Source of the DNA: an uncultured virus (IMG/VR IMGVR_UViG_3300044998_000523)
Taxonomy: Duplodnaviria > Heunggongvirae > Uroviricota > Caudoviricetes
DNA: 64,000 bases
Strand: one strand, 5' to 3'
IMG/VR virus record: IMGVR_UViG_3300044998_000523
The notes below the pieces were generated by a model. The model did no database searches, was not told where the DNA came from, and saw only the letters and a program-made list of their open reading frames with translations. The first letter of the stretch is position 1. Every line of letters begins with the position of its first letter. The position numbers were made by a program, and so were the translations under genes. This document shows positions 47,692-56,994 of this stretch, piece after piece.

Positions 47692-48080
47692 TGACTCTCG
47701 CGATCATATGGGCTTATGTCAAGAAATACTGGCAGCTGCTTGTCGCTATTGTTTTGTTTGTAGCCGGTTTTTTCTTTTTTAGCTCCAAGACATCGTCTTT
47801 AGCTGATCTTCTGGAAAAGAACAGAAAGAGGCACGAAGAAGAACTCAAGGAAATCCAGGAGGCTCACGAAAAGGAGCTTCGGGATCGAGAAAAAGCTCTT
47901 CGAAAGTTGCAAGAAACGCTGGCAGAGGTCGAAAAGCAGTATCGAGAAGCCCAAAAAGAGCTCGATGCTAAAAAGAAAAAAGAGATTGAGAAGATCATCA
48001 AGGAGACCCAAAATGACCCCGAAGAGCTCGCCCGCCGCCTGCAAGAATCGACTGGCTTCACGATCATCGTTCCGGAATAG
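47691..48080 (+). CDS. membrane-anchored coiled-coil protein (i-spanin-like)
   Basis: N-terminal TM segment WQLLVAIVLFVAGFFFF followed by a charged coiled coil. Confidence 0.55.
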   Translation: MTLAIIWAYVKKYWQLLVAIVLFVAGFFFFSSKTSSLADLLEKNRKRHEEELKEIQEAHEKELRDREKALRKLQETLAEVEKQYREAQKELDAKKKKEIEKIIKETQNDPEELARRLQESTGFTIIVPE

Positions 48081-48579
48081 TTTGATTTCCCTTTTTGTCG
48101 CGACATCGATCGCGACATCGGGCACCGCATGGGCTCAAGAGACGCCCTCTGTCGTCGACACTCCGATTCCAGTTTCAGCTGTTCAACCGCCAGTCGTTCC
48201 GACGATTGTTCCGGCCAGACCGGGATATGTCGTTCCTTGGCCTGGTTTGCTGCTCAATCCTGCGGCCGTCGCTCAAATAAAGGTTGAACTAGATTCGGCT
48301 AAAAAGCAGTGCGACATTATCGTCGAACGAGAAGTGGCCGTGCAAAAGGCTCACAATGATCACGAGCTGGCCGTGCAAAAGGCCGCCCACGAAAGAGCGC
48401 AGGCCGAGGCCAATGCATCGATCAAGACAAAGACTTCTGAGATCAATGACCTTACCAAGCGTCTTGAGAAGGCCGAAAAAGACAAGCCCAATACCTACTT
48501 ATGGACAGGCTTGGGATTCGGCGCCGGTGTCGTGGTGACAGTCCTGACCGTATTCGCGGTTTCACAAGCTACGAAGTAG
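48013..48579 (+). CDS. secreted coiled-coil protein with C-terminal TM (spanin-like?)
   Basis: AGGAG then ATG 48013; signal peptide ending AWA-QE; C-terminal WTGLGFGAGVVVTVLTVFAV. Confidence 0.55.
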   Translation: MTPKSSPAACKNRLASRSSFRNSLISLFVATSIATSGTAWAQETPSVVDTPIPVSAVQPPVVPTIVPARPGYVVPWPGLLLNPAAVAQIKVELDSAKKQCDIIVEREVAVQKAHNDHELAVQKAAHERAQAEANASIKTKTSEINDLTKRLEKAEKDKPNTYLWTGLGFGAGVVVTVLTVFAVSQATK

Positions 48580-48588
48580 GAGAGATAA

Positions 48589-48897
48589 ATGTCCGACGAA
48601 GAAGTTAAGACGGAGCCCTGCAGGTGCGAGTGTTGCGATCACATGATCGTCACAGAAAAGCCCAAGACAAGTTGGTTTTGGCTCAAGGACTCTAATGGTA
48701 ACGCCTCAGCTACTGTGACGTTCGCCGCTATCGCTTTTTGGGTGACGACTCTGGCATATCTGATGTCTATCGTGGAAAAGATCGGTCCCCTCGAGGTCCG
48801 ACCCTTTGACGTCGCCGCATGCGGCAGCTATCTGATTCCTATCCTCGGACTCTATTTTGGTCGTCGTTGGACAGACGCGAAACTAGGTTCGAAGTAA
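48589..48897 (+). CDS. two-TM membrane protein, holin-like
   Basis: Two hydrophobic helices and a basic end GLYFGRRW. Confidence 0.5.
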   Translation: MSDEEVKTEPCRCECCDHMIVTEKPKTSWFWLKDSNGNASATVTFAAIAFWVTTLAYLMSIVEKIGPLEVRPFDVAACGSYLIPILGLYFGRRWTDAKLGSK

Positions 48898-48914
48898 GAA
48901 CCTAATTAAAATCG

Positions 48915-49796
48915 ATGTCTTCCAAGATCAATGAAGAATCGGTGCGCAAGCTAGTCCGAGCGATGCTAGAGGGCACCGTCGAGGTGCCTATCCAAGCGAA
49001 CCCGAATGTCGAGCCGCTGATGAACGACCGACAACTCGATTATATCGAACGGACTCCTGTTGACAGCGTCGAACTGTCAAATATCATCGGCAACAAGCTT
49101 CGGGGCTTGGATGATGAAGTCGCACCGCGTATCTTTAGGCAGTTAGCAGCCATCATTGATGTCGAAGAAGACAAAGAGAAAGAAGAAGATGCAATGACGC
49201 ACGAAGCGAAGCTGAGATCAGTCATTCGACGGATGCTCAAGGAAACTCTCGACGAAGCCAAGCCTGATCCGTGGAAGAACGCCCCTCCTGTTACCGGTCC
49301 TCTTCCACCTGTCAAAAAGATCCCGGCGGGTGTCCATGGTGGCGAGTACAACGCGAAATTCAACAAATATAAGTCGGATCTCAAGAAGATGGTGAAAAGT
49401 ACGGGCACCGAGGATTTGGGAGATGAGCCTGCCGCAGCAAAGAGAGGATACACGTCGACCCAAGAAGCCGGCGGTAGTTCTTTTGATGAAATTGCAGCCG
49501 AATTCGGTTTTGCGGGTCCGCAGGGTGCCAAGGCCGCTGTCGAGAAGGCCCTTGCTAAGATGAAATACTTGATGAAGCTACCCGAAGAAGATCGAGACTT
49601 TCTCGTCCTTGCAGCTATGGATGATTACATCAACATGCTGAATAAGACAGGCGAGCTTACCGCTGATGACACGGCTCTACTCCGTAGCAACCCGTCTATC
49701 GTGCAGGATCTCGATGGTTTCAAGGATCATCTTCACAAGTTCGTCCTCCGCGGCATGCGAGATGCTAAAGCCAATGAGGGTGGCGGCTCTGAATGA
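48915..49796 (+). CDS. protein with two copies of the helical tag
   Basis: INEESVRKLVRAMLE and EAKLRSVIRRMLKETLDE. Confidence 0.7.
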   Translation: MSSKINEESVRKLVRAMLEGTVEVPIQANPNVEPLMNDRQLDYIERTPVDSVELSNIIGNKLRGLDDEVAPRIFRQLAAIIDVEEDKEKEEDAMTHEAKLRSVIRRMLKETLDEAKPDPWKNAPPVTGPLPPVKKIPAGVHGGEYNAKFNKYKSDLKKMVKSTGTEDLGDEPAAAKRGYTSTQEAGGSSFDEIAAEFGFAGPQGAKAAVEKALAKMKYLMKLPEEDRDFLVLAAMDDYINMLNKTGELTADDTALLRSNPSIVQDLDGFKDHLHKFVLRGMRDAKANEGGGSE

Positions 49797-50542
49797 ACCC
49801 GATCGTCGTAGCTTCAGTTCAATTTGAGTCTAAAAGGGCCGATCCGCAGACAAATCTCGAGCGCGCCCTGCAGTATTCTTTTGAGGCCGCGACGAAAGGC
49901 GCGAAGATCATCGTTTTGCCCGAGCTCTGCATGACGGGACCTGATCTCAATCCGAGAGAGGCGATCGCATGTTCGCAAGTGGCCGAGGGATATCAGACCA
50001 ATGCGCTAGTGCCACTGGCCCGGCGATATGGAGCTCTCATCGTCTTCGGATATGCTGAGCTTTGTGATGGTCAGCTTTATAACTCTGTTGCTATGGTCGG
50101 GCCCAATGGGCTTTACGGCAATGCTCGTAAGAAGTGCTTAGAGGGTCGAGATTTTATCTGGGCATGTCCTGGAGATGATTCAATCGCCCCTATTGTCATC
50201 CACGAAGGTATTCGAGTTGGCGCTCTTGTTTCTCATGATGTAAGAAACAAAAAGAGAGAATCTTACGCCTGGAAACAGGAGTCTCCCTTCTACAAAAAGG
50301 GAATGGTAGAGCTTGTTTGCGTTCCGTGCGCCTGGCAGGAAGGATTTTCTTTTCCTGACTCGAAGTGGGTAGGCCTGGCTGAAGAACTCAAATCGGCGGT
50401 CGCTGTTTCAAACCTCATTTTCGAAGACGTTCACGGCCGAACGGGCGGAGGCAGCTGCATCGTTGACAAGCGCCTCAAAGTTTGGACTTATGGTTCGTCT
50501 TTGACCGGCCCGGCCGTCGTCGGAGGGCTAGTCGAACCGTGA
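49793..50542 (+). CDS. carbon-nitrogen hydrolase (nitrilase) family protein
   Basis: VLPELCMTG, LYNSVAMVGP, RKKCL, GALVSHD, GGSCIVD. Confidence 0.8.
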   Translation: MNPIVVASVQFESKRADPQTNLERALQYSFEAATKGAKIIVLPELCMTGPDLNPREAIACSQVAEGYQTNALVPLARRYGALIVFGYAELCDGQLYNSVAMVGPNGLYGNARKKCLEGRDFIWACPGDDSIAPIVIHEGIRVGALVSHDVRNKKRESYAWKQESPFYKKGMVELVCVPCAWQEGFSFPDSKWVGLAEELKSAVAVSNLIFEDVHGRTGGGSCIVDKRLKVWTYGSSLTGPAVVGGLVEP

Positions 50543-50913
50543 AAAAGGTTTCCTCTCTCGTCGAAAACTATATCGTTCGTCGGACGACTACGATGCTCGA
50601 CGATAGAGACACGCCTGTGCGCGTCGCTGTGACGCGGACTGATACACCGCTCAAGCCATCAAATAGATGGGAAAAAATCGGAAAAAGAGCGCTAACAAAG
50701 CGTTTCGAATTTAGAGATTATGACCATCGTGATCGTTTCATCTCGGACATATTAGAATTCGAGAAGGAGCGTGGCCACCGAGGCAAGATGATGATCGAGG
50801 ATTTGGTCGTTACTGTCGAGGTAAGCACGAAGGACATCGATGCCATCACGGAACTTGATCAGGAATACGCCAGAGAAACAGATATCATCTATCGAGAAGT
50901 CTGCTACGTCTGA
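50539..50913 (+). CDS. pterin-4a-carbinolamine dehydratase-like protein
   Basis: W..LTKRFEFRDY..FI...GH...VTVEVST..ITELD. Confidence 0.7.
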   Translation: MKKVSSLVENYIVRRTTTMLDDRDTPVRVAVTRTDTPLKPSNRWEKIGKRALTKRFEFRDYDHRDRFISDILEFEKERGHRGKMMIEDLVVTVEVSTKDIDAITELDQEYARETDIIYREVCYV

Positions 50914-50920
50914 CTTCATA

Positions 50921-51226
50921 ATGAGCGAGGACCTTGAGGGCGTCTTTGATCCGGATTCTGTTTTAGATGAAGCTTATCCCGTCATCGAATTGATGGGACA
51001 CAGGCTGAAATACAAATTCGTGTCCATCTCATCCAAAAGGGACGAGGTCAGGTACATCATCGAGTTCGTCGAAAAGCTCGATCTTGAATCATTCGCGAAT
51101 CGAGATTGGACCGATATCAAGATTGGTTCCAAAGAGCTGATTCCTGAAGCTGATATCATCAGATTGAAGATATCAGCAAAGCTATTGAAGCTGAGATTTA
51201 GACGCCATACTTATAACCAAGGATAG
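50921..51226 (+). CDS. hypothetical protein
   Basis: 101-aa ORF filling the gap between neighbours. Confidence 0.55.
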   Translation: MSEDLEGVFDPDSVLDEAYPVIELMGHRLKYKFVSISSKRDEVRYIIEFVEKLDLESFANRDWTDIKIGSKELIPEADIIRLKISAKLLKLRFRRHTYNQG

Positions 51227-51235
51227 GTGCGCCAC

Positions 51236-51424
51236 ATGTCTGAAAATAACAACAAGCCGGAATCGGAAGATCTTTCAAGCGTCTTTGATCGCTTTATGGA
51301 AGGTGTCGTCGAGGGTGAAGAGAAGAAGCGAGCTCGCAAGACGCTCGACGAGGACTCTCCCGCTCGTCGATATATCAAAAAGTACGGGGAGCTGCCCCAG
51401 AATCGCATCGTCATCAAGAGGTGA
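51236..51424 (+). CDS. hypothetical protein
   Basis: Short ORF after ATACTTA (51207); overlaps the next start. Confidence 0.55.
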   Translation: MSENNNKPESEDLSSVFDRFMEGVVEGEEKKRARKTLDEDSPARRYIKKYGELPQNRIVIKR

Positions 51425-51999
51425 ATTCCATGAAAGTTAGAGAAGCTCTCAAGGAAGCCGTTCGCAAGGAAGTTCGAAAATTCCTCAAGGAAGCCGATCT
51501 TTTTGCAGACGAGCCCCAAGATGATCAGGGCAACCAGCAGGCTCCCGCCCCCGAGCAAGGACAGCCTAGCGGCGATGCTTCCAATCAAGTCAGCCTAGGA
51601 AAAGTCTCAGGATCCCCTTCGAGCGGCACAGGCGAGCCCGAAGAAATCTCTCTCGAAAATATAGTCGAGAAACTCAATTCCATCAGATCGGGTAAGTCCT
51701 TCAAGGATGACTATGTCATGGCTCAGATGGAGAAATATTACGGAGATCTCAAGGATGCCGAACGCAAAGCCTTGCAGGCATTCTTGACAGGCATCTCTCA
51801 GATTGTCACGGCCGGCGTGCCCGGAGATCAGGCTCCTGAACCCGAGGAAGCTCCGACCAACGTGCAGATGATCGATAAAGATAAGCAGCAATCCAAGTCC
51901 GTCAAGCCCAATATCATCAACAAGGGCGGCGGCTCCGCGGGCAAGAGTCAAAAACCGGCTGAAGACATTTCGGCCCCCGTCAATGTAAAGCAGCGATAA
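51421..51999 (+). CDS. protein with N-terminal helical tag
   Basis: VREALKEAVRKEVRKFLKEA. Confidence 0.7.
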   Translation: MNSMKVREALKEAVRKEVRKFLKEADLFADEPQDDQGNQQAPAPEQGQPSGDASNQVSLGKVSGSPSSGTGEPEEISLENIVEKLNSIRSGKSFKDDYVMAQMEKYYGDLKDAERKALQAFLTGISQIVTAGVPGDQAPEPEEAPTNVQMIDKDKQQSKSVKPNIINKGGGSAGKSQKPAEDISAPVNVKQR

Positions 52000-52011
52000 A
52001 CGAGATATAGT
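51983..52011 (+). promoter_or_regulatory. promoter ATGTAA-N17-TATAGT
   Basis: Recurrent pattern, 6 nt upstream of ATG 52018. Confidence 0.55.
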
Positions 52012-52017
52012 CGCTCC

Positions 52018-52233
52018 ATGGATAAGCGAATTGTCACTTTGCCCAACGGAGAGACGCTAGAGATCGAATACACCGAACAGTTTTACGCGAAGATCAGGCA
52101 GCAATTCAATCTAGGCGCAGATGAGGTGCCATCTGATTATCACGTAAGAATGTTCGTGTGGGGAGCGTGCAAGACGGCCTTCGATAAGGCCGAGCAGGAG
52201 ATGAGGCAAGATGGCAGGTGGAAAGACGATTGA
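52018..52233 (+). CDS. hypothetical protein
   Basis: 71-aa ORF. Confidence 0.6.
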   Translation: MDKRIVTLPNGETLEIEYTEQFYAKIRQQFNLGADEVPSDYHVRMFVWGACKTAFDKAEQEMRQDGRWKDD

Positions 52234-52504
52234 GGAAAGCATCAAGGAATTTGTTGCCGAAGTCATTCTCGAAAAAAGAATTCGAGAAGTCGACGTTTCG
52301 GACGGTTCCAAAGTGCCTCACGGTTCCGAAAAGCACATCAAGGACCTCGAAGCAAGGATCTCGGATTTGTCACGTTGGCGAGACAAGCAGCGCCGGGGCA
52401 GCGAGGCTCGAGCAAACTACTCTCGCCTGATTTCAAGGCTTAAGGGCGAGCTTTCAAGCGCCCGTCGACAGGCGGCGAAAGCCAAGCAGAAGAAGGTTGA
52501 ATAA
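52211..52504 (+). CDS. small protein with N-terminal helical tag
   Basis: IEESIKEFVAEVILEK. Confidence 0.65.
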   Translation: MAGGKTIEESIKEFVAEVILEKRIREVDVSDGSKVPHGSEKHIKDLEARISDLSRWRDKQRRGSEARANYSRLISRLKGELSSARRQAAKAKQKKVE

Positions 52505-55092
52505 TGGGCGGCGCGGTCGGACATCTCTATCACCTTTATGATAATCCGGACCTGACGTTCGGAGAGATCAAGGACATCATCAAATCGGCGGCCGCCGGCA
52601 AGCTTGAGCAAGTCAGCGAGAAGCTTGATGGTCTCAATCTCGTCTTTACTTGGGACGAATCCGGATCCGGGCTGAGAGTGGCCCGCAATGCGGGAGACAT
52701 CAAATCAGGCGGCATGGATGCCAATGCCCTCGCCGCAAAATTTGCTGACAGGGGCAACCTAGCTGACGCATTCAATTCTGCGTTCAAAGTTCTCAATCAG
52801 GCTCTGGGCTCCTTGCCCCCCGCCGCGAGAGCTAAAGTTTTCGGTCCCGATGGCCGCATCTGGTATTCGATGGAGCTGATTTACTCGGCCAATCCGAATG
52901 TCATCCAATACGACGGTAATAACGTCGTCTTTCACGGCTGGCCTGTCTTCAAGGCGATGCCTGACGGCACTGTCGAAAAAGGTCCCGGCGGAGGCGTGGG
53001 CCTTCTGTCGAAGCATATCGAGCAGATGCAAAAGCACGTCAAGGAAAAGGACTGGAACGTCCGCGGACCTGCTTTGGTCGCTCTCAAGAAGATGTCGAAT
53101 AAAGCGGTCCCGCAGAAAGCCCTGACGGCTATCAATCGAGCCATGGCTAACGCTCGAGTGGGCGACGACGATACGATCCAGGATTATCTCTTCAACTATG
53201 CCATCGCTGACGCCAAAGCCGCTAAGATGCCGCCGGCTGTCTTGCATGACATCGCGGCTCGTGTGGCCGGCATTCCGGGCGCTCCTAATCTGACTCAGAT
53301 CAAGAGCAAAATCGATAAATCGCTCGTGCCGGCCGTGCAGGATTACGTCAAGGCCGGACCCAAAATGATAAAATCGGCTATAGCACCCATCGAATCAGCG
53401 ATTCACGAGTTTGCCGTAGAAGTACTGAGAGGTCTGACATCGACTCTCATTTCGAACTCACCGGGAGAGGTGGATCGACTTCGTGGCGAGGTGCAGAAGG
53501 CGATTTCGGCCATCGAAGCCTCGGGCAACGAGCAGGCCATGTCCATCCTCAAGACACAGATGGCCAAACTCGGCAACATCGAGAACTTGGCTACTCCGAT
53601 GGAGGGCGTCGTTTTCATTCACAACGGTAATGCTTACAAGTTCACAGGTGCCTTCGCTCCCGTCAATCAGATCCTCGGACTCTTCAAGTACGGCCGCGGC
53701 AAGACGAAATTGGCATCCGAAGGGCTCGATCTGTTAAGCGATCTGATCCAAGAAGCTCTGATGCTAGAAGATGATGAGCGATTCTATCAGAAAGATGCTC
53801 AAGACGCCCAAAATCGATATGACGCCGCTCTGAGCGCTATCGAGTCATGGAAAAAGAAGAGAGCTGCTGAGCGCGCCCGAGAGGAATTCATCCAAAAATC
53901 CGGATTTTCGCTTGACAAGGCGGGTCGAGATAGGTTTCGACGCCGCGCCCAAAAAGATCCGCAATTGCTCAGCAATTTGAAGAAGTTTATCGACGCGGCC
54001 TCGTCTGATAGCATTTCTGATCTGGAGTTGCCCAAGGATCTCAAAGATGAGCTTGAAGTCGCTTCGAAGCGCTTGCGAATTTTCGATCCTAGCCGATTCG
54101 ATTGGTCTCGTCCCAAGAAAGAGCCTGTCGTCCCAAGAGACGATAAAGAAGCTTTTTCCGAAGAGCCTCTTATGAACCTCGAAAAAGCGTTGTCGACCGA
54201 CGGCTGGATCGACTGGAGACAATTCGAAGGATCGTCCAATTTCCCGTCATACGGCTCGGCCAGAAAGGACGACGCCCCCGATCAAGCTAGCGCCGAGGAA
54301 CGAGCTGATGTGGGTACCGGGCCCGGCGAGAAACGATTGGCGAGGATCTTTGGCGGAATCGTCAAGGGAGGTGGCGTCTCGTATGACGTCGTGACTCCCG
54401 ACGGCAGAAAGTGGGAAGTCAAAGCCCTTGAAAGTCCGTCCGAGACGATCCGGCCCGGAACAGAAGGAAAAGCAGCTCTTTCCAAGACCAGAGATCTTCT
54501 TTCGACCATTATGCGTCAGCTGATGATATTCTCCTCAGCGGCCCAAAAATCTATCGACAGCTTCGAAAAGCCTTCCCACAAAGAGATGATCAGGTGGATC
54601 TCCGACTTTGTAAGAAGCGAATACGAAGAGATCGTCGGTAAGGGAGAGGTTACAGACGAACGATTCAAAGAGCTCGAGACAGCCCTTGTTTTGGTGAGTC
54701 GTTTGCAGAAGGAACTCAACGTGGACAAGAAATCCTTTCCGACGGTCGTCGGTCTAAACGACAAGAAGATCGATGTCGACAAACCGACATTTTTGGATGT
54801 TGCGAAGACCGTGCAGAAGTTGACAGGCCGCGAAGACATCTTGACTCCCTTTCAAAAGCATGAGATCGTCTTTTCGGTTCTCAAAAATCCTGCATTTCGG
54901 GATCCCAAGACGTTCTTCAAGAATCTCTTTTCCTCCGTCAAAGCTTCTGAAGTCTTTAGAGGGGTCGATGGAGTCTTCATCGTCAACAGAAACAAGGGAT
55001 TCTATCCAGTTCTCAAGGATAGTTTCGACGATGTCTTTAAATTCGTAAAGATCTCTCAGGCGACCCCAAGATTCAAGTTTACGAAGTTTTGA
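52504..55092 (+). CDS. ligase-fold (KxDG) nucleotidyltransferase fused to a PD-(D/E)XK-like domain
   Basis: GGAVGH..SEKLDG..MEL..EGVVF..YKFTG; internal tag; GPGE...YDVVTPDGRKWEVK. Confidence 0.6.
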   Translation: MGGAVGHLYHLYDNPDLTFGEIKDIIKSAAAGKLEQVSEKLDGLNLVFTWDESGSGLRVARNAGDIKSGGMDANALAAKFADRGNLADAFNSAFKVLNQALGSLPPAARAKVFGPDGRIWYSMELIYSANPNVIQYDGNNVVFHGWPVFKAMPDGTVEKGPGGGVGLLSKHIEQMQKHVKEKDWNVRGPALVALKKMSNKAVPQKALTAINRAMANARVGDDDTIQDYLFNYAIADAKAAKMPPAVLHDIAARVAGIPGAPNLTQIKSKIDKSLVPAVQDYVKAGPKMIKSAIAPIESAIHEFAVEVLRGLTSTLISNSPGEVDRLRGEVQKAISAIEASGNEQAMSILKTQMAKLGNIENLATPMEGVVFIHNGNAYKFTGAFAPVNQILGLFKYGRGKTKLASEGLDLLSDLIQEALMLEDDERFYQKDAQDAQNRYDAALSAIESWKKKRAAERAREEFIQKSGFSLDKAGRDRFRRRAQKDPQLLSNLKKFIDAASSDSISDLELPKDLKDELEVASKRLRIFDPSRFDWSRPKKEPVVPRDDKEAFSEEPLMNLEKALSTDGWIDWRQFEGSSNFPSYGSARKDDAPDQASAEERADVGTGPGEKRLARIFGGIVKGGGVSYDVVTPDGRKWEVKALESPSETIRPGTEGKAALSKTRDLLSTIMRQLMIFSSAAQKSIDSFEKPSHKEMIRWISDFVRSEYEEIVGKGEVTDERFKELETALVLVSRLQKELNVDKKSFPTVVGLNDKKIDVDKPTFLDVAKTVQKLTGREDILTPFQKHEIVFSVLKNPAFRDPKTFFKNLFSSVKASEVFRGVDGVFIVNRNKGFYPVLKDSFDDVFKFVKISQATPRFKFTKF

Positions 55093-55783
55093 GAGATTCG
55101 AAAATGAAGGACTTGATCAGATCGATAGCTTCCGATCTGGTCGTCTTCTTTTTTGTCGGTTTGGCCTTTTGCGTTGGAACGGCCGCCGACGCCTTTTTTA
55201 AAGCATTCTTTCGGGCGGGCTGAGCTCCGGCCGATTGGGCCGTTTTCGCCGACTGGCTCAGGATATCCCAGATAGCCTTGCCATTGACGCCTTTGGGCAG
55301 ATTTTTGATAAACGACTTTTCGTCGCCCGTTTCGATGTACTGCCGCATCTTGGTGCCGCTGACATCTACGGTCTCCGTCCTCTGGACTGCCCTCGGAATA
55401 ATCTGATTCTTCGAATAAAGGTTACCGGCATACTTGATCAGGGATTTTTTTGGATAGTTCTGAGCCAAGTCTTCGGGATCGGAGTAGATGCGGTAGGTAT
55501 TTTCGACGTTGGTCGTGTTGTCGTTTCCCACTTCTTCCCACACGGATTTCACAGGGTTTTGGACATAAACGACTTGCACGTTGCCCGGCAGCGAGGGCTC
55601 GATGTAACCCTTCCAGATGGCTTTCATGTCAGATCCGAGGATGGGAATCTCTCCAGGACGCTTTCGATCCGATAGACTGACAAAAACTTTGACTTTGTCG
55701 TTTTCTTTGGCGGCTAAACGAATGACGGCATCATGTCCTGCGTGGAGCGGTTTAAACGATCCTGGTACTAATCCGATGCGCAT
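55079..55783 (-). CDS. HxGH-motif cytidylyltransferase-like nucleotidyltransferase
   Basis: MRIGLVPGSFKPLHAGH...VSGTKMR; start reassigned to 55783. Confidence 0.8.
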   Translation of the reverse strand: MRIGLVPGSFKPLHAGHDAVIRLAAKENDKVKVFVSLSDRKRPGEIPILGSDMKAIWKGYIEPSLPGNVQVVYVQNPVKSVWEEVGNDNTTNVENTYRIYSDPEDLAQNYPKKSLIKYAGNLYSKNQIIPRAVQRTETVDVSGTKMRQYIETGDEKSFIKNLPKGVNGKAIWDILSQSAKTAQSAGAQPARKNALKKASAAVPTQKAKPTKKKTTRSEAIDLIKSFIFESLKTS

Positions 55784-55798
55784 GGCATAATTATTGTT

Positions 55799-56526
55799 AT
55801 GCCTATTGTTTATAGGCATCGTCGTCGCGTAACCAATCGGTCATACATCGGAATTACTCCCAAGCGTTCGTCTTACGATTTGACCCAAATGACGTTAGAA
55901 GAAATAGAAATCGTTTCTAAGAAAATGATGTCTTTAAGATGGGGAGGTCATCTGGCTGCGGCGAAAAAGTCTTCTAATACATCATTCTGTAATGCGATTA
56001 GAAAATACGAAGAAGAGAATTTCGATCACGAAGTTTTGGAAATTTGTGATACGTTGGCGACTGTATACGAACGCGAGAAACATTGGATATCTGTTTTCAA
56101 ATCTAACGATAGAGATTTTGGATTTAACATGAAAGTTGGCGGAGACGGCGTCTTGTTGACAGAAGAACATCGCAAACGGCAAAAAGATGCTACCAAAGAA
56201 GCTATGTGGAGACCAGATGTCAGACGTCGGCATCTTGAGGTCCAAGCAAGCCTCGAGACAAAAGAGAAAAAGAAAAAAATCGGCTAAATTGGCCTGGTCT
56301 CGAGAAGATGTTCGAAAAGCTTAAGCTTTTCGAACATCGCTCGCAGTCGCAAAAAAGTCGTCATCCAGTCGTACAGATTGATATTTTGACAGGAGAAGTG
56401 ATCGCCCAATTCGAGTCTATCAGAGAAGCCGTCAGAAAGACGAATGTGCCCAAATCATCGATACAGGCACACCTCATTAATTCTAAAAAATATGCCGGAG
56501 GTTTCCTCTGGCGGAGAATGATGTAA
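55799..56526 (+). pseudogene. frameshifted GIY-YIG homing endonuclease with NUMOD1 tail
   Basis: IVY..SYIG, AIRKY, GFNMKVGG; C-terminal PVVQID..FESIREA..AGGFLW in another frame. Confidence 0.75.
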
Positions 56527-56560
56527 TCCTTGCCCTGACTAACTTAGTATAAATACCAGC

Positions 56561-56986
56561 ATGGCCGACAAGGGTAAGACGATTCACACTGTATCTTGCG
56601 GCACCTGCATGTACCGCAAAGTCGATGATGGGTACGAGGTTCTGCTGGTCCGACCTCGCCGCGACCGAGATGTTTGGGGTGTCCCGAAAGGACATATCAT
56701 GGAAGGCGAGACGGAAGAGGAGTGTGCCATTCGAGAGACGATCGAGGAGACCGGCATCACGCCCATCATTTCGGATCACAGAATGTCGGATGTCAAGGTC
56801 AAGCACGCTTACGAGCACAAGACGGTCAAGATCTGGATGGCTCAGCCCGATCCCGAAGTTCCGCCCCTTGCGGATGACGGTGAGAACGTCGAGATTCGAT
56901 GGCACCACATCGATCGGTTGCCGACAGTCCACAAGTATCAGATTCCGTTGTTCGCTGAGATATCGGTCTTCCTCAAAGGAAGATAG
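56561..56986 (+). CDS. NUDIX hydrolase
   Basis: PKGHIMEGETEEECAIRETIEETGI Nudix box. Confidence 0.92.
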   Translation: MADKGKTIHTVSCGTCMYRKVDDGYEVLLVRPRRDRDVWGVPKGHIMEGETEEECAIRETIEETGITPIISDHRMSDVKVKHAYEHKTVKIWMAQPDPEVPPLADDGENVEIRWHHIDRLPTVHKYQIPLFAEISVFLKGR

Positions 56987-56994
56987 TTATAGGC

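Noticed and set aside
48334..48390. TGGCCGTGCAAAAGGC repeated at 33-nt spacing
   Set aside because: Only two copies, an in-frame duplication of AVQKA inside a coiled coil; not a CRISPR array.
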